A stretch of 48,501 bases of DNA from an uncultured Caulobacterales bacterium (GCA_964483375.1 CAZABJ010000014.1:1-48501); one strand, 5' to 3'; numbered from the stretch's first letter, positions 9,101-20,179 are shown. Translations and numbers: made by a program. Notes: a model not told the origin generated them from the sequence alone.

Positions 9101-10256
9101 CGTCCAGGGCGATGTCCTCAAGCGCGATTTCACCTTCAAAGTCGACGATGCGGCCGATGCGCAACGCGCCTTCAAGACGGCCGGGCCCGACTGCGTCGCT
9201 CCATTCCTCCCCGATGAGCCGCCCGATTGCGGGGGCGGCGACGCGCACGGCCAACGCGTCGCGCGGTCGGAATGCGTCGGGATGAAATCCGCCGCTCGCT
9301 TCTGCGGACAGGTTCGCGGCGTCAAGGAAGACCGCGCCGACGCGCCTCCCGCTGCGGGGCGGCCCGAGCTCCGCGGCGACACGCAACTCCTCGCCCAACC
9401 GGTCCGCCAATGCGGCGAGCGGCGGGATGTCGCCCAACCGCAAAACCGCCTCGGCGGACCAAACCACGTCATCCATTGCGGCTGTGGCTTCCAGCACCGG
9501 CGCGCCGTCGATCGCGGCGGTCAGCGTCCCCCGTCCCGACCCAGCCGCGAAAGCCGCCTCGCCGTCCGCCGTGACGCCTGAGCCGGGCATGCCGAGCAGT
9601 GCGGAAAGCGCGCCCCCGCTTTCAGCGATGAGGGAGATGCGGGCTGACGCCGCGGCGTCCTCCAAGCGGCCCTCGAACCGGAACGCATCCCCCACACTGT
9701 CGGTGCGCAGCAGCTCGATGCGCGCTGCGGCTGCGCGCGCGGTGAGGCGGCCCTCCCCAGACAGGCTGAACCGCGCTGCTTCGCCGAACACGCCTTCCCC
9801 CAACGCGATGTCAGGCAGCGAAAGCCTTTCCAACTCGAGCCGCCAACCGCCCAGGCTAAGGCCGCCGCCCGTGTCCTCCTGGGGCGGCGCCGGCGGGAGG
9901 CGAGCGAGCGCGATCGTCTCGGCGGCGACCCGCTCGACGGCCAGGGTGCGGCTGAACAGGCTAAGCGGTCGCCAGTGCAAGGCAGCGTCCTGCAATTCAA
10001 GCCAAACCCCTTCCTCGTCCCTAACCGCGATGCGGCGAACCCTGAGCTCGCCCAAAAGGCTCCCGCTCAGCGCCTCCACCTCCAACGCGCCATATGCGCC
10101 CAAGGCGAGGCCGTCGAGGCGGCGTTCAACCATGTCGCGGGCGAGGGGAGAGGCTAAAAACGCCAAGGCCGCGACAAGGACGAGCAGAAGCGCGGCCGCG
10201 GCCCAGAGGCCGACGCGAAGCGCCATTTTCAGTGGGGCGCGCGGCGATGGGGACAC
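6150..10256 (-). CDS. tamB: Translocation and assembly module subunit TamB
   Basis: About 1370-aa protein with an N-terminal signal anchor 'MALRVGLWAAAALLLVLVAALAFLA' and a long Ala/Gly/Leu-rich beta-rich body. It sits immediately downstream of the Omp85-family gene, and its start region overlaps the tamA stop. Likely start is the GTG at 10256 (SD 'gaggcg') or the ATG at 10226; the ORF-track TTG at 10274 overlaps the tamA stop codon. Confidence 0.75.
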   Translation of the reverse strand: MSPSPRAPLKMALRVGLWAAAALLLVLVAALAFLASPLARDMVERRLDGLALGAYGALEVEALSGSLLGELRVRRIAVRDEEGVWLELQDAALHWRPLSLFSRTLAVERVAAETIALARLPPAPPQEDTGGGLSLGGWRLELERLSLPDIALGEGVFGEAARFSLSGEGRLTARAAAARIELLRTDSVGDAFRFEGRLEDAAASARISLIAESGGALSALLGMPGSGVTADGEAAFAAGSGRGTLTAAIDGAPVLEATAAMDDVVWSAEAVLRLGDIPPLAALADRLGEELRVAAELGPPRSGRRVGAVFLDAANLSAEASGGFHPDAFRPRDALAVRVAAPAIGRLIGEEWSDAVGPGRLEGALRIGRIVDFEGEIALEDIALDAVSIASASGPISLTHDDGALDLAATISALVSDTGSPLARALGERPELSVAAGYVIESGDIALDRAALRGAFGEAAGAGRLTGDGAVSLRVDLALTALATMMEGAAGTAQATLSADRAGLGRPLVVSATGGAAGLSLAQAELDALLGPEPAFTVSAQLHGGAIRLAEVTAEGAGFIGTAEGVLGPDEDDLATFDLAIAPGGLGGAIALDGALALRGEARGVLGSPALRLEAAADRIAAGDAGLASPSVRMALAETEGAFAGPLRFDAEFEGETVFLEGRLALAPDALSFEAIRGQALGVSASGALSLGSDTLARGDLRLAAPQENAEARLTLGAADGGQVVEAVVTLGERRLSENALLSAATLRLFGDLEALSVRLEAEATLPQPASLAAAGAIRRSENGEIVATLSPLADIGELALSAEDPWRFTFAPDGLAGSASLTTSLGGALRIEFARAEATRFEAQLAQAPLRALSAMGFSGPMDGLADGAIALSGVDRLEGEAELALSGVTAAESQAEPASASVLMRLGDALDAETRAQTGGFEMRGTLSAPVSLAAWPPAIRINDAGALSGVLDIQGALGEAVALLAFGDIEAAGQVTLQAALSGTMASPAVTGSGQLSDGAVRDAATGLALRDIDAAAAFDGGRLSLDRLSATDPDGGALSVTGGYDIAAGAGALELVLDRLLLVDRADARAIGSGEVRIGLVEAGVEVSGELRIDEADLAPPELGPPGVVVLEIVPVNRPDDLAPPPPVGPPLDLSLDLAVRADRRVFFRASGLETEWAVDARATGSAADPSVVGEVRLIRGALEALGERFVFDEARIELVGPLDETRIDLTARRERADLTAIIRISGAASDPAITWESQPAYPQDEILSRLLFGRSVSELSALEAAQLANALAGLAGGGGVDILGALRRSLGVDRLGVRSGEETGPVVTGGRYIGDDVYLEVESSAVAGTSAEIQWRLRPQLELASRLGGTSGASVSLRWRRDY

Positions 10257-10270
10257 GTGAGACGCCTCGT

Positions 10271-12016
10271 TCAAAACGATTGCCCGATGGAAAGATAAAT
10301 CTGCACGCGCGGATCCCCGTCAAACGGATCAAGCGGCGCGGCGATGTCGGCCCGCAGCGGACCAAAGTCGGTGAAGTACCGAACTCCCACGCCGGCGCCC
10401 CACCGCACGTCCCCCAGGTCGGGGGTTTCGCCTTCGCTCGCAGCACCACCGTCGACAAATGCGACCCCGCCGAAGCGGTCGCTGAAACGGGCGCGCAACT
10501 CCAGCGCGGTTTCGACCAGCGAGGCGCCGCCCGCCAGCACGCCGTCAGCATCCCGTGGGCTGACGGCCTGAAAGGGATAACCCCGGATCGAGCCCCCGCC
10601 GCCGGCGAAAAACAAATCGTCAGCCGGCACGGCGTCGGTCGCGCTTGCGGTCAGCGAGGCCGCGCGCAGGCGGGCCGCCGCAACCAGGCGCTCAGAGCGG
10701 AGCGAGCGATACGCGCTGCCCTCAATATCGCTGATGAGATAAGCGATCGCATCATCGCCGACCCCGGTGATGGGACTCAGCGTGACGCGCGCGCGCAGTC
10801 CCTCGGTAGGGTTCAGCGGATCATCGGCGTTGTCGAAACTGACGCTCGCCGCGCCGCGAAACAGGGCCAGGCGTTGGGTCGTCAGCACATCGCGCGTTTC
10901 TTGGACAGTCACCCCAAGACCCAGAGCGGCGGAGACGCGTTCGGACAGGGGCTGGGACGCTTCGACCTGAAAGGAGGCGGCGAGACGGTCAAACGCGTCG
11001 GTGTCCTCCTGGAGAAGGCCCGCGCCGAAGCGGAGATCGCGCTGGGGCCGCCGCCAGGCGGGGATGGAGAGTTGGGCGAACAGCGCCCGTTCGAGGGTGA
11101 GCGCACGGGCCTCCACGCTCAACTCCTCAGCGCCGGCGAACGCGTTTCTGAGCGTCCATCGTCCTTCAAGCCCGCCCCCGTCCTCGGTGGCGAAGGAGCC
11201 GCCAAGCGTCAGGGTGCGCCGAGGCTCGTCCTCAAGCGTAACGCGCACGGGGCGAAGACCATCGGGGCCGGCGTCGCCCAATCCAACGGCGACGGAGGAA
11301 AACGCCTCGGTCTCCCGCAAGCGCGCGGCGTAGTCGCGCAAGAGCGCCGGGGAATAAACATCGCCCGCCTCATAGGGGGCCAAGCGCAGGAGGAGCCTGT
11401 CTCGCACGCGTGCGCCGCCGGACGCTTCAGGCGCTCCCAGACGCGCCAGGGCGCCGGTGTCGAACCGCAGCGTCACATCCATGATCGCCCGGTCATAATC
11501 GACCCTAAGGGTCCGCTCGCCCGCCGCGGCGTCGGGACGGCCCGCCGCCAGCAAGGCCGCGACGACGCGCGCCTGGGCGTCCAAAATGTCTTGGGACCGC
11601 GCCGGCGCCCCAGGCCTCAGACCGACGGCGGCCTGCGCCGCGGTCTCAGCGTTCTCTTCAAGCGTCTCGCTGAGGACGAGCGTGACCTCGCCGAACACGA
11701 ACCGCTCGCCGACCGAGACCTGCACGCGCGCGACCGGCGGCGCGCCGTCCTCAACAAACGGCTCCGCGCGGGCGGCGTAAAAGCCTTCCGAATGGAGGGC
11801 GAGCGTGACGTTTTGCGCCGCGCGTCTGGCGTTGCGGCGGGCGGCGAAACGAGAGGTCGGAGCCGGCGCGTCACTCTCGGCCGCTCGCCGTGCGACATCG
11901 AAGACGGGATCCTCTGGCAACCCCTCGACGATCGCCAACGGACCCTCGGCCCGAGCCGAGGGCGACAGCGCCGCTGACAGCGCTAAAACCAAGACGAGGC
12001 ATGCGAAACGGAACAT
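10271..12016 (-). CDS. tamA: Outer-membrane Omp85-family protein TamA
   Basis: ATG at 12016 gives the signal peptide 'MFRFACLVLVLALSAALSPSARA'. The protein has POTRA-like repeats and a C-terminal beta-barrel ending in the aromatic 'LSIGQSF'. About 581 aa, upstream of tamB. Confidence 0.85.
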   Translation of the reverse strand: MFRFACLVLVLALSAALSPSARAEGPLAIVEGLPEDPVFDVARRAAESDAPAPTSRFAARRNARRAAQNVTLALHSEGFYAARAEPFVEDGAPPVARVQVSVGERFVFGEVTLVLSETLEENAETAAQAAVGLRPGAPARSQDILDAQARVVAALLAAGRPDAAAGERTLRVDYDRAIMDVTLRFDTGALARLGAPEASGGARVRDRLLLRLAPYEAGDVYSPALLRDYAARLRETEAFSSVAVGLGDAGPDGLRPVRVTLEDEPRRTLTLGGSFATEDGGGLEGRWTLRNAFAGAEELSVEARALTLERALFAQLSIPAWRRPQRDLRFGAGLLQEDTDAFDRLAASFQVEASQPLSERVSAALGLGVTVQETRDVLTTQRLALFRGAASVSFDNADDPLNPTEGLRARVTLSPITGVGDDAIAYLISDIEGSAYRSLRSERLVAAARLRAASLTASATDAVPADDLFFAGGGGSIRGYPFQAVSPRDADGVLAGGASLVETALELRARFSDRFGGVAFVDGGAASEGETPDLGDVRWGAGVGVRYFTDFGPLRADIAAPLDPFDGDPRVQIYLSIGQSF

Positions 12017-12235
12017 GAGCGTCCAAACCACGATTCGGCGGCGCGCCCGGCTGTCGCCGTCCGCTGTGCGGGCCGAAGCAGCAAGAAGCATGCTCGCGCG
12101 AGGGGGCCGAAACGCAGATCCGTTGGCGGCTCAAACGTAAGCGCGGCACGCCTGCGCGGCTCTGCGCGCGACTTCCGCTTCGCGGCTCACCGCGGCACTG
12201 TGGCTAACGACGATGGTTCCTTCAGGAGACGAACG

Positions 12236-13117
12236 ATGGCTGAGCAGGCGACGGGGGGTGCGGAGGCCGGGCTTGCGCCTTGGCTTGGCGGACGGCCGTT
12301 CGCCGAATGGCGGGCGGAGTATGACGAGACGGGGTACGTGGTTTTCGAGAGCGTCTTGGATGCGGGAGAGATTGCGCGTTATCGGGCTTTGCTTGGGCCG
12401 CACCTCGCGGCGGATCTGCGCGGCCGGAACGACTTTGAGGGATTGAAGTCGAACCGCGTATACGCGTTGCTTGCTAAAGAGCCGGCCTTCGCGGAGCTGG
12501 TGCTCCACCCGCTGGCATTGGGGTTTGCGGAGGCGGAGCTTGGGGCGTCCTGCCTGCTCTCGGCGTGTCTTGCGATCAACATTCAGCCTGGCGAAACCGC
12601 ACAGCCCTGGCACACCGATGACGGCCACATCTTCATCCCCTATCCGCGCCCGTCCTACGGGGTCAGCGCGTTTTGGACGCTCGACCCCATGACCGAAGAC
12701 AACGGCGCCACGGAAGTTCTGCCCGGGAGTCACCGGTGGGGGCCTGAGGAGATCGATTTCGGTTTGGTGGTCGACGCCCTGGCGGACAAAGACGTCCACG
12801 ACCCTGAGGACGACCCCGCCCCGCACCCCAAACGGGTGAAGGCGACCATGCCGGCGGGTTCTTTGATGCTGACGAAAGGATCGCTGTGGCACCGGGGCGG
12901 GGCGAACCGGTCGGACGCGTCCCGCCTCATCGTCACCCCGCAATATTGTCCCGGTTGGGCGCGGCAGCTTGAAAACATGATGGCGACGGTGCCGCCGGAT
13001 GCGGTCTTGGCCATGCCGGAACGGGCGCGGGAGCTTCTGGGCTATTCCATCCATCCGCCCTTCATGGGGTATGTGGACGGGGTCCACCCGCGCAAGACGC
13101 TTCCAAAGCCCGTTTAG
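12236..13117 (+). CDS. Phytanoyl-CoA dioxygenase (PhyH) family Fe(II)/2-oxoglutarate oxygenase
   Basis: ATG at 12236 with SD 'aggaga'. 'WHTDDGH' (HxD iron ligands) and 'GSLWHRGGANRS' are typical PhyH motifs. Confidence 0.8.
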   Translation: MAEQATGGAEAGLAPWLGGRPFAEWRAEYDETGYVVFESVLDAGEIARYRALLGPHLAADLRGRNDFEGLKSNRVYALLAKEPAFAELVLHPLALGFAEAELGASCLLSACLAINIQPGETAQPWHTDDGHIFIPYPRPSYGVSAFWTLDPMTEDNGATEVLPGSHRWGPEEIDFGLVVDALADKDVHDPEDDPAPHPKRVKATMPAGSLMLTKGSLWHRGGANRSDASRLIVTPQYCPGWARQLENMMATVPPDAVLAMPERARELLGYSIHPPFMGYVDGVHPRKTLPKPV

Positions 13118-13392
13118 CCGCGCCGCTTAGTCGCCGTCGGACAGATCGCGCCCCGGACGAATGTCGACCGTCGACACGCGTCTGTCATGCGGCGAAAAAA
13201 GCCGCGCCGGCGGCGGGGCCGGGATTGCGGCTTCCGATGATGAACCGTAATGCTGTCGCCATGGTCTTGCTCATACGCATAGCTGTGCGCGCTCCCGCGC
13301 GAATTACCGGCCCGGCCCGCTGACGCCATTGCGCGCGGGGCCGGGATGCTTGTCCTATTTCCACCAGCCTTACATCGCGATAGACGACAGCT

Positions 13393-16300
13393 ATGACCGA
13401 CGCATCCGACACGGGCGCGCCCGCATCCGCGCCTCAGGCCGAGACCGGCCGCGACTATAAAGAAACGCTTTTCGTTCCTAACCCCGAGGCGGCGTTCCCG
13501 ATGCGCGCGGGCCTTCCCAAGCGTGAGCCCGATTGGCTGGCGCGCTGGGCGGAAATGGGGCTGTATCAGCGCTTGCGCGCAGACGCCGCGGGCCGGCCGA
13601 AATACGTGCTCCATGACGGACCGCCCTACGCCAACGGACATCTCCATATCGGCCACGCGCTGAACAAGATCCTCAAGGACATCGTCGTCCGCTCCCGTCA
13701 GATGGATGGCTATGACGCGCCTTACGTGCCGGGGTGGGACTGTCACGGCCTGCCGATCGAATGGAAGGTGGAGGAGGCGTTCCGCGCCAAAGGGCGAAGG
13801 AAAGAGGACGTGCCCACCGCGGAGTTCCGCCAAGCCTGCCGCGACTACGCCGCGGAATGGGTCGAAACCCAGGCCGCGGAATTCAAGCGTCTGGGCGTGG
13901 AAGGCGATTGGGACGCCCCCTACACGACCATGGCGTTCGACGCCGAAGCGGCCATCGTCGCGGAGTTCCTCAAATTCGTTGAGACCGGCCAGCTCTATCG
14001 CGGCTCCAAACCGGTGATGTGGAGCCCGGTGGAGCGCACCGCGCTGGCCGAGGCCGAAGTGGAGTATCAAGACCGGCAATCGACGACGATTTGGGTCAAG
14101 TTCCCCCTCCGCGTCGATGTGGAGGCGCTCGCCGACCAAATGCTGGGCGAACAGCCTGAACTCTACATGCATGCGGCGATGGGGGACGACGAAGATCCGC
14201 CTGCGACGGACGACGCCGGCAAGCGATTATCCGAACACGACTTGGCTCGTCGCGACGCCTCAGCGCTCGCCGACGCCCTACAGGGCGCTCATGTGGTCAT
14301 CTGGACGACCACGCCTTGGACGATCCCCGGCAATCGGGCGATCGCCTATTCCGATGACGTCGCGTACGCGCTCTATGAAGTCGAAGCGATGGAGGAAATC
14401 CTCGATCCCAAGACGGGGGCGCCGATCACGCCTTGGGCGGCGGCGGGGGACAAGGTGATCCTCGCCGAAAACCTTGCCGAAGACGTTCGCGCGGCGGCCA
14501 AGATCGCATCGTGGCGACGCGTCGGCGACGTTGAGGCGTCGGTTTTGCGCGCCTCGGTCTGCGCGCATCCGTTCCGCGGCTTGGACAACGCTGAGGGCTA
14601 CTGGGATTTCGACGTCCCGCTGCTCTCCGGCGACCACGTGACCGACGAGGCCGGCACGGGCTTCGTGCATACGGCGCCCAGCCACGGGCAGGAGGACTTC
14701 GCGGTCTGGCTCGCGCACGGGCTTTCGCAGGCCGACATCCCCGAAATGGTGGACGAGAAGGGCGCCTATTACCCGCATGTGCCGGTGTTCGCAGGCGAAC
14801 AAGTCGTTCGCACCGAGGGGAAGAAAACCGGCGAAGACGGCGGAGCCAACAAAGCCGTCGTGGCGAAGCTCATCGAGGCGGGCGGCTTGTTGGCGCGCGG
14901 GCGGCTCAAGCACTCCTACCCGCACTCTTGGCGCTCCAAAGCGCCGCTCATCTTCCGCAACACCCCGCAATGGTTCATCCGGCTGGGCGACGCGGACGAC
15001 GCCAGTTCGCTGCGGGCGAAAAGCCTCGCCGCGATCGAAAAGGTCCAGTGGACACCCGCCCAATCCGTCAACCGCATTCGCGCGATGATCGCGGAGCGCC
15101 CCGATTGGCTGATCTCGCGGCAACGCGCCTGGGGCGTGCCGCTGACGATTTTCGTGAACCGAGAGACCGGCGAGGTCGCGCCGTGTCCGAACGATCCGCA
15201 CGCAGCGCGGCTGCGGTCCCGCATCCTTGATGCGGTGAAAAAGCGCGGCGCGGACGCCTGGTTCGACACCCCTGCGGAAAGCTTCCTGGAAGGTCTCGTG
15301 GCGGATCCAAGTCAATGGGAGAAAGTCGAGGACATCCTCGACGTGTGGTTCGATTCCGGCTCCACCCACGCCTTTGTGGCGGAGGGTCGGGAGGACTTGG
15401 CGTGGCCGGCGGATCTGTATCTGGAGGGCTCAGACCAGCATCGGGGCTGGTTCCAATCCTCTCTGCTGGAGGCGTGCGGCACGCGCGGTCAGGCGCCGTA
15501 CCGAGCCGTGCTCACCCACGGCTTCACGCTGGATGAAGAGGGCTTCAAGATGTCGAAGTCCAAGGGAAACGTCGTCGACCCCGCCGACATAGCCGGCAAG
15601 TACGGCGCTGAGATCCTGCGCATCTGGGTGGCGACGTCGGACTATGCCCATGACTTGCGCGTGGGGCCGAACATCATCCAGGCGAATGTCGACGCGTACC
15701 GGAAGTTGCGCAACACCATGCGCTATTTGCTCGGCGCGGTGCTGGACTTCAAGGAAGAAGAACGCGTCGAACCCGACGACATGCCGGGGCTGGAGCGCTA
15801 CGTGCTCCATCGGCTCGCCGAAATCGATGTGATCGTCCGCAGCGCCTATGAGTCTTACGACTTCAAGACGGCCTTTTCGCAGCTCGCGGTGTTTTGTTCG
15901 AACGACTTGTCCGCATTCTATCTCGACGTGCGCAAGGACGCCCTGTACTGCGATCCGCCCGGCAGCATGCGCCGACGCGCCTGCCGCACGGTCATCGATT
16001 TGTGTTTCGAGCGCCTGACCGCTTGGCTCGCCCCGGTCTTGGTCTTCACCATGGAGGAGGCGTGGCTGGCCCGTCATCCCGATGACAAGGGATCGGTGCA
16101 TTTGCGGCAGTTCCCCGAAACCCCGCAAAGCTGGCGGGATTTCACGCTGAATTCGAATTGGACCCGCCTTCGGGCCATGCGCCGCGCGGTGTCGGGGGCG
16201 TTGGAGATCGAGCGTCGGGAGAAGCGCATCGGCTCGTCTTTGGAGGCTCGGCCGACCGTCTATTTACCCAGCGATCACGACCGCGCCGTCATCGCACAAG

Positions 16301-16572
16301 AGGCCGAACGCGCCGGGGAACCTATCGAGTCGTTCTTCGCCGACGCCTTAATCGTCAGCCAAGTCGATATCCGCGCAGAAGAACCGCCTGAGGGCGCTTT
16401 CCTGCTCGACGACGTTCCCCGCGTCGGCGTGGTTGCGGGGCGCGCGCAAGGCCTTCGCTGCGCGCGGTCCTGGAAAGTCACCGGGGATGTGGGAGAGGAT
16501 CCCCGCTATCCGGATTTGAGCCTGCGAGACGCCGCAGCGGTAGCAGAATGGGATGCCCGTCATGCAGGCTGA
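13393..16572 (+). CDS. ileS: Isoleucine--tRNA ligase
   Basis: Class I signatures '[13 protein letters not shown]' (HIGH) and 'KMSKSKGN'. The editing-domain 'TTTPWT' is present. 1059 aa. Confidence 0.97.
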   Translation: MTDASDTGAPASAPQAETGRDYKETLFVPNPEAAFPMRAGLPKREPDWLARWAEMGLYQRLRADAAGRPKYVLHDGPPYANGHLHIGHALNKILKDIVVRSRQMDGYDAPYVPGWDCHGLPIEWKVEEAFRAKGRRKEDVPTAEFRQACRDYAAEWVETQAAEFKRLGVEGDWDAPYTTMAFDAEAAIVAEFLKFVETGQLYRGSKPVMWSPVERTALAEAEVEYQDRQSTTIWVKFPLRVDVEALADQMLGEQPELYMHAAMGDDEDPPATDDAGKRLSEHDLARRDASALADALQGAHVVIWTTTPWTIPGNRAIAYSDDVAYALYEVEAMEEILDPKTGAPITPWAAAGDKVILAENLAEDVRAAAKIASWRRVGDVEASVLRASVCAHPFRGLDNAEGYWDFDVPLLSGDHVTDEAGTGFVHTAPSHGQEDFAVWLAHGLSQADIPEMVDEKGAYYPHVPVFAGEQVVRTEGKKTGEDGGANKAVVAKLIEAGGLLARGRLKHSYPHSWRSKAPLIFRNTPQWFIRLGDADDASSLRAKSLAAIEKVQWTPAQSVNRIRAMIAERPDWLISRQRAWGVPLTIFVNRETGEVAPCPNDPHAARLRSRILDAVKKRGADAWFDTPAESFLEGLVADPSQWEKVEDILDVWFDSGSTHAFVAEGREDLAWPADLYLEGSDQHRGWFQSSLLEACGTRGQAPYRAVLTHGFTLDEEGFKMSKSKGNVVDPADIAGKYGAEILRIWVATSDYAHDLRVGPNIIQANVDAYRKLRNTMRYLLGAVLDFKEEERVEPDDMPGLERYVLHRLAEIDVIVRSAYESYDFKTAFSQLAVFCSNDLSAFYLDVRKDALYCDPPGSMRRRACRTVIDLCFERLTAWLAPVLVFTMEEAWLARHPDDKGSVHLRQFPETPQSWRDFTLNSNWTRLRAMRRAVSGALEIERREKRIGSSLEARPTVYLPSDHDRAVIAQEAERAGEPIESFFADALIVSQVDIRAEEPPEGAFLLDDVPRVGVVAGRAQGLRCARSWKVTGDVGEDPRYPDLSLRDAAAVAEWDARHAG

Positions 16573-17092
16573 GCCTTTCTTGACCCCGATGGCGCGCCGG
16601 GGGCTCGCGCTTTCCGCCGGCGTCGTCGTCGTGGATCAGATCACCAAGTGGATTGTGCTCGGCCCTCTGGCGCTTTCCCCCGAAGGCTGCCGATACAATC
16701 CGGTGCATTGCGGCAAAATCGAAATCTCGCCGATCTTCGATTTGACCATGCTGTGGAACCAAGGCGTGAGCTTCGGCCTTCTCCGGGCGGGCAGCGAAGC
16801 GGGGCGTTGGGCGCTCATCATCCTGTCTCTCGTCATCGCCTCAGTGATGTTCTCCTGGCTGCGGAAAATCGACCGGCCGCTCGCCGCCCTGGCGCTGGGC
16901 GCCGTCATCGGCGGCGCGATCGGCAATGTGATCGACCGGGTGCGGTTTGGCGCCGTGGTCGACTTCTTCGACTTTTCGGGGCTGTTCTTCCCTTGGATCT
17001 TCAATGTCGCCGACGCCGCCATCAGCGTCGGCGTCGCCGTGCTGTTGCTCGATTTGGTTTTGGAAAGCCGGGACCGCGCTCGGGCGGCGTGA
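16553..17092 (+). CDS. lspA: Lipoprotein signal peptidase II
   Basis: 'VVVDQITKW', 'NQGVSFGL' and '[11 protein letters not shown]...FNVAD' are present. The gene overlaps the ileS 3' end. The start is either the ATG at 16553 or the ATG at 16589. Confidence 0.9.
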   Translation: MPVMQAEPFLTPMARRGLALSAGVVVVDQITKWIVLGPLALSPEGCRYNPVHCGKIEISPIFDLTMLWNQGVSFGLLRAGSEAGRWALIILSLVIASVMFSWLRKIDRPLAALALGAVIGGAIGNVIDRVRFGAVVDFFDFSGLFFPWIFNVADAAISVGVAVLLLDLVLESRDRARAA

Positions 17093-17179
17093 AACCCGCG
17101 CCGTTCGGGCGCCGCTAGGTCTTGGCGGGCCGGCTCAGGGTCCGGTACAACCCACAGGCTTGATATGGAGAGGCTCCTC

Positions 17180-17740
17180 ATGCGCCTGCGCACTTCCCGT
17201 CTCGTGGTCGCCGCCGCGACCATCGCCGCCCTTGGCGTCAGCGTCGCCTCATGTTCCAGCGTGCGTCGCGCGGTCGGCGCGGAGCGAGTTCGTCCCGACG
17301 AGTTCCGGATCGTGACCATGGCGCCGCTTGAGGTGCCGCCGGAGTATAATCTCCGCCCGCCGCGCCCCGGCGAACCGCGCCCGCAAGAATACGCCGCCAG
17401 CGATTCCGCCCGCGCGGCCCTCTATGGCGAAGGCGACGAGGCCGCCGGGGTGTCGCAGGGGCAGCGACTGCTGGTCGAGCGTAGCGGCGGAACGCTGGCT
17501 GACCCGAATATCCGCGCCGTCGTCGACGCTGAGGCCGCCGGCATCATCCGCCGCCGACGCGGCTTCGCCAATCGCGTGATGTTCTGGACCGACGGCGACA
17601 CCGCAGACGAGGCCAACCCCTTGAACGCCGTCAGCGAAGCGGAACGCCTCGAGCGTGAAGAAGCCGCCCGTCGCGCCACCGGCGACGGCGATGTGGTCAT
17701 CCGTCGCGCCGGCGGCGGGCTGAAGCTTCCGGGGCTGTAA
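17180..17740 (+). CDS. DUF3035-type lipoprotein
   Basis: ATG at 17180 with SD 'ggagagg'. Lipoprotein signal 'MRLRTSRLVVAAATIAALGVSVASC'. The position downstream of lspA matches the conserved alphaproteobacterial arrangement. Confidence 0.65.
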   Translation: MRLRTSRLVVAAATIAALGVSVASCSSVRRAVGAERVRPDEFRIVTMAPLEVPPEYNLRPPRPGEPRPQEYAASDSARAALYGEGDEAAGVSQGQRLLVERSGGTLADPNIRAVVDAEAAGIIRRRRGFANRVMFWTDGDTADEANPLNAVSEAERLEREEAARRATGDGDVVIRRAGGGLKLPGL

Positions 17741-17889
17741 GCCGCCGACGGGTTCACTCTCGGCCAAGCGCGGGGGCGCGGCTTGTCGGCGCGCGCTCCT
17801 GGCTGGCGCCGTGCGAAGCCTCCCTCGCGCCGCATGTCATGAACGGCGTCCCCGCTTGACCCTGCGCCCTCAGCCGCCACCCTAGGCGC

Positions 17890-19701
17890 ATGACGATTCG
17901 TCTGCTGCCGCCTGAGGCGGTGAACCGCATTGCGGCCGGGGAAGTGATCGAGCGCCCCGCCGCGGCGATCAAAGAGCTTGTCGAGAACGCGCTGGATGCG
18001 GGCGCGCGCCGGGTCGATATTCTCGCCGAGGGCGGGGGCGCGGCGCGTTTGGAAGTGCGTGACGACGGCTGCGGCATGTCCCCCGAGGAACTCGCCCTCG
18101 CGGTCGAACGCCACGCGACCTCAAAGCTCGCGCCCGATGACGCTGGCGATATCGACCTTTTGAACATCGCGACCATGGGCTTTCGCGGCGAGGCGCTGCC
18201 CTCCATCGGCGCGGTGTCGCGATTAAGCCTCACGAGCCGCGCGCAGGGCGCAGACGACACCTATGCCGTTGAGGTCACCGGCGGGGCGCTCGCCGGGCCG
18301 AAACCGGCCGCGGGATTGCCAGAACCGGGCACAGTCGTGTCTGTGCGCGATTTGTTTTTCGCCACCCCTGCGCGGTTGAAGTTTCTCAAGAGCGAGCGCG
18401 CCGAGGCCATGGCGATCGCGGACGCTATCAAGCGTTTGGCCATGGCGCGGCCGGATGTGGGCTTCACGCTGTCTGTCGATGGGCGGCGGCGATTGGCGGT
18501 GCAGGCGGAGGCTGGCGAGGCGCAGGTGCGTCGTCGGGCGCGGCTGGCCGCCATTGTCGGCGCGGAGTTCGCCGAGAACGCCATCGATATCGATCAAACG
18601 CGAGACGGCGTGCGCGTGTCCGGCCTCGCCGGGGTGCCCACATTCCATCGCGGCGCGGCGACCTTGCAGCACCTGTTCGTCAATGACAGGCCGGTGCGTG
18701 ACAAGCTGATCGTCGGGGCGCTGCGGGGCGCCTATCAGGATTTGCTGGCCCGAGACCGCCATCCCGTCGCTGCGCTCTGGCTGGATTTGGACCCCACCGA
18801 GGTCGACGTAAACGTGCATCCGGCCAAAACCGAGGTGCGGTTTCGGGACCCTGGCCTCGTTCGCGGGCTTTTGGTCGGCGCGCTGCGCCATGGTCTTGCG
18901 GCGGCGGGACACCGGGCTTCGACGACCGTGGCGGGTTACGCGCTTGGCGCCGCCCAAGCCCACACCGCTCCGCCGCCTCGCAGCGCGCCATGGACTGACG
19001 GTCGCAGCTGGGCGCAGAGCGCAGCGCAGCTGAACCTTGCGGATCGCGGCGAGGCGGGCGATTTCGCCGCGCCGTCGGTGCGGTTCGAGCCCGAGGACGC
19101 CGCGCCGCCTGAAACGGCGGACTTGCCCTTAGGCGCGGCGCGGGCGCAGCTGCACGAGACCTACATTGTCGCCCAAACGCGCGACGGCCTGGTGATCGTG
19201 GACCAACACGCCGCCCATGAGCGCTTGGTGCTCGAACGCATGAAGGCGGCGTTCGTGAACGGCGCGGCTGAGCGGCAACTGCTCCTTACGCCCGAAATCG
19301 TCGATGTGGGGGAGGCCGGCGCGGATCGCTTGGCCGCACGCGCCGAGGAGCTCGCCGCGTTGGGCCTTGTTTTGGAGCCGTTTGGGCGCGGCGCGGTGGC
19401 GGTGCGGGAAACCCCGGGGCTGCTTGGCGAGTGCGACGTCCAAGGCCTGGTGCGGGATTTGGCGGACGAGCTTGAGGAGCTCGATGCTGCGCATGCGCTT
19501 AAGGAGCGTTTGGACGAAGTCTGCGCCACCATCGCTTGCCATGGTTCGGTGCGCGCTGGTCGTCGGCTGACGGGCGAAGAAATGAACGCGCTTTTGCGGC
19601 AGATGGAGGCGACGCCCCATTCGGGACAGTGCAATCACGGGCGGCCGACTTATGTTGAGCTGAAGAGGGCGGACCTAGAAAAGCTGTTCGGCCGTCGATG
19701 A
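17890..19701 (+). CDS. mutL: DNA mismatch repair protein MutL
   Basis: N-terminal GHKL ATPase motifs '[19 protein letters not shown]', 'DDGCGM' and 'GFRGEAL'. The C-terminal dimerisation domain with 'ACHGSVRAG' is present. 603 aa. Confidence 0.95.
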   Translation: MTIRLLPPEAVNRIAAGEVIERPAAAIKELVENALDAGARRVDILAEGGGAARLEVRDDGCGMSPEELALAVERHATSKLAPDDAGDIDLLNIATMGFRGEALPSIGAVSRLSLTSRAQGADDTYAVEVTGGALAGPKPAAGLPEPGTVVSVRDLFFATPARLKFLKSERAEAMAIADAIKRLAMARPDVGFTLSVDGRRRLAVQAEAGEAQVRRRARLAAIVGAEFAENAIDIDQTRDGVRVSGLAGVPTFHRGAATLQHLFVNDRPVRDKLIVGALRGAYQDLLARDRHPVAALWLDLDPTEVDVNVHPAKTEVRFRDPGLVRGLLVGALRHGLAAAGHRASTTVAGYALGAAQAHTAPPPRSAPWTDGRSWAQSAAQLNLADRGEAGDFAAPSVRFEPEDAAPPETADLPLGAARAQLHETYIVAQTRDGLVIVDQHAAHERLVLERMKAAFVNGAAERQLLLTPEIVDVGEAGADRLAARAEELAALGLVLEPFGRGAVAVRETPGLLGECDVQGLVRDLADELEELDAAHALKERLDEVCATIACHGSVRAGRRLTGEEMNALLRQMEATPHSGQCNHGRPTYVELKRADLEKLFGRR

Positions 19702-19711
19702 GGGAAACGGC

Positions 19712-20161
19712 ATGACCGACACCATGGATCCTACCACGCTTGACGGCCTGACCTTGATGCGGATGGTCGCGGAGGGTCAATTGGCCCCGCCGGGCATTGG
19801 AACGATCATGCCCATGCGTTTCGGCGACGTGCAGGCTGGCAAAGTGACCGTGACGACGCAAGCCGATGAGCGGCATCTCAACCCCTTTGGCGGCGTGCAT
19901 GGCGGGTTCGCCGCCACCATTCTCGACAGTGTCACGGGATGCGCGACGCACACGCTGCTCGGTCCTGGCGAGGCTTACGCCACCACGGATTTGACGGTGA
20001 AGATGATGCGCCCGGCGCCCCGCGACGTCGAACTGGTCGCGGTCGGCGAGGTCATCAGCGAAACCCGCCGGCTTGTCGTCTCCCAGGCGCGGCTTGAGAC
20101 CGCGGAAGGCAAGATTTTGGCCTTCGCCACGGCGAGCTGCATGATCACCCGCGCCGGGTGA
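19712..20161 (+). CDS. PaaI-family hot-dog thioesterase
   Basis: SD 'gagggaaacgg' precedes the ATG. 'NPFGGVHGGFAATILD' is the TIGR00369-type motif. Confidence 0.8.
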   Translation: MTDTMDPTTLDGLTLMRMVAEGQLAPPGIGTIMPMRFGDVQAGKVTVTTQADERHLNPFGGVHGGFAATILDSVTGCATHTLLGPGEAYATTDLTVKMMRPAPRDVELVAVGEVISETRRLVVSQARLETAEGKILAFATASCMITRAG

Positions 20162-20179
20162 GCCGCCCCGGCCGCGCGC

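Noticed and set aside
7738-9285. 515-aa plus-strand ORF (and 9427..10260, 10094..11977) antisense to tamB/tamA
   Set aside because: The translations are Ala/Arg/Ser/Pro-rich low-complexity strings with no motifs. They are typical stop-codon-poor antisense frames of high-GC genes, while the minus-strand genes have clear signal peptides and Omp85/TamB features.
13185-13215. Hairpin 'gccgc-cggc-gcggc' with a T-run on the minus strand upstream of ileS
   Set aside because: Its orientation would terminate antisense transcription running away from ileS. The stem is short (5 bp), so it is probably fortuitous.
13114-15369. Minus-strand ORFs 13114..14172 (352 aa) and 14278..15369 (363 aa) inside ileS
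   Set aside because: They are antisense to an unambiguous ileS (HIGH/KMSKS motifs) and Arg/Gly/Pro-rich. They are GC-frame artefacts.
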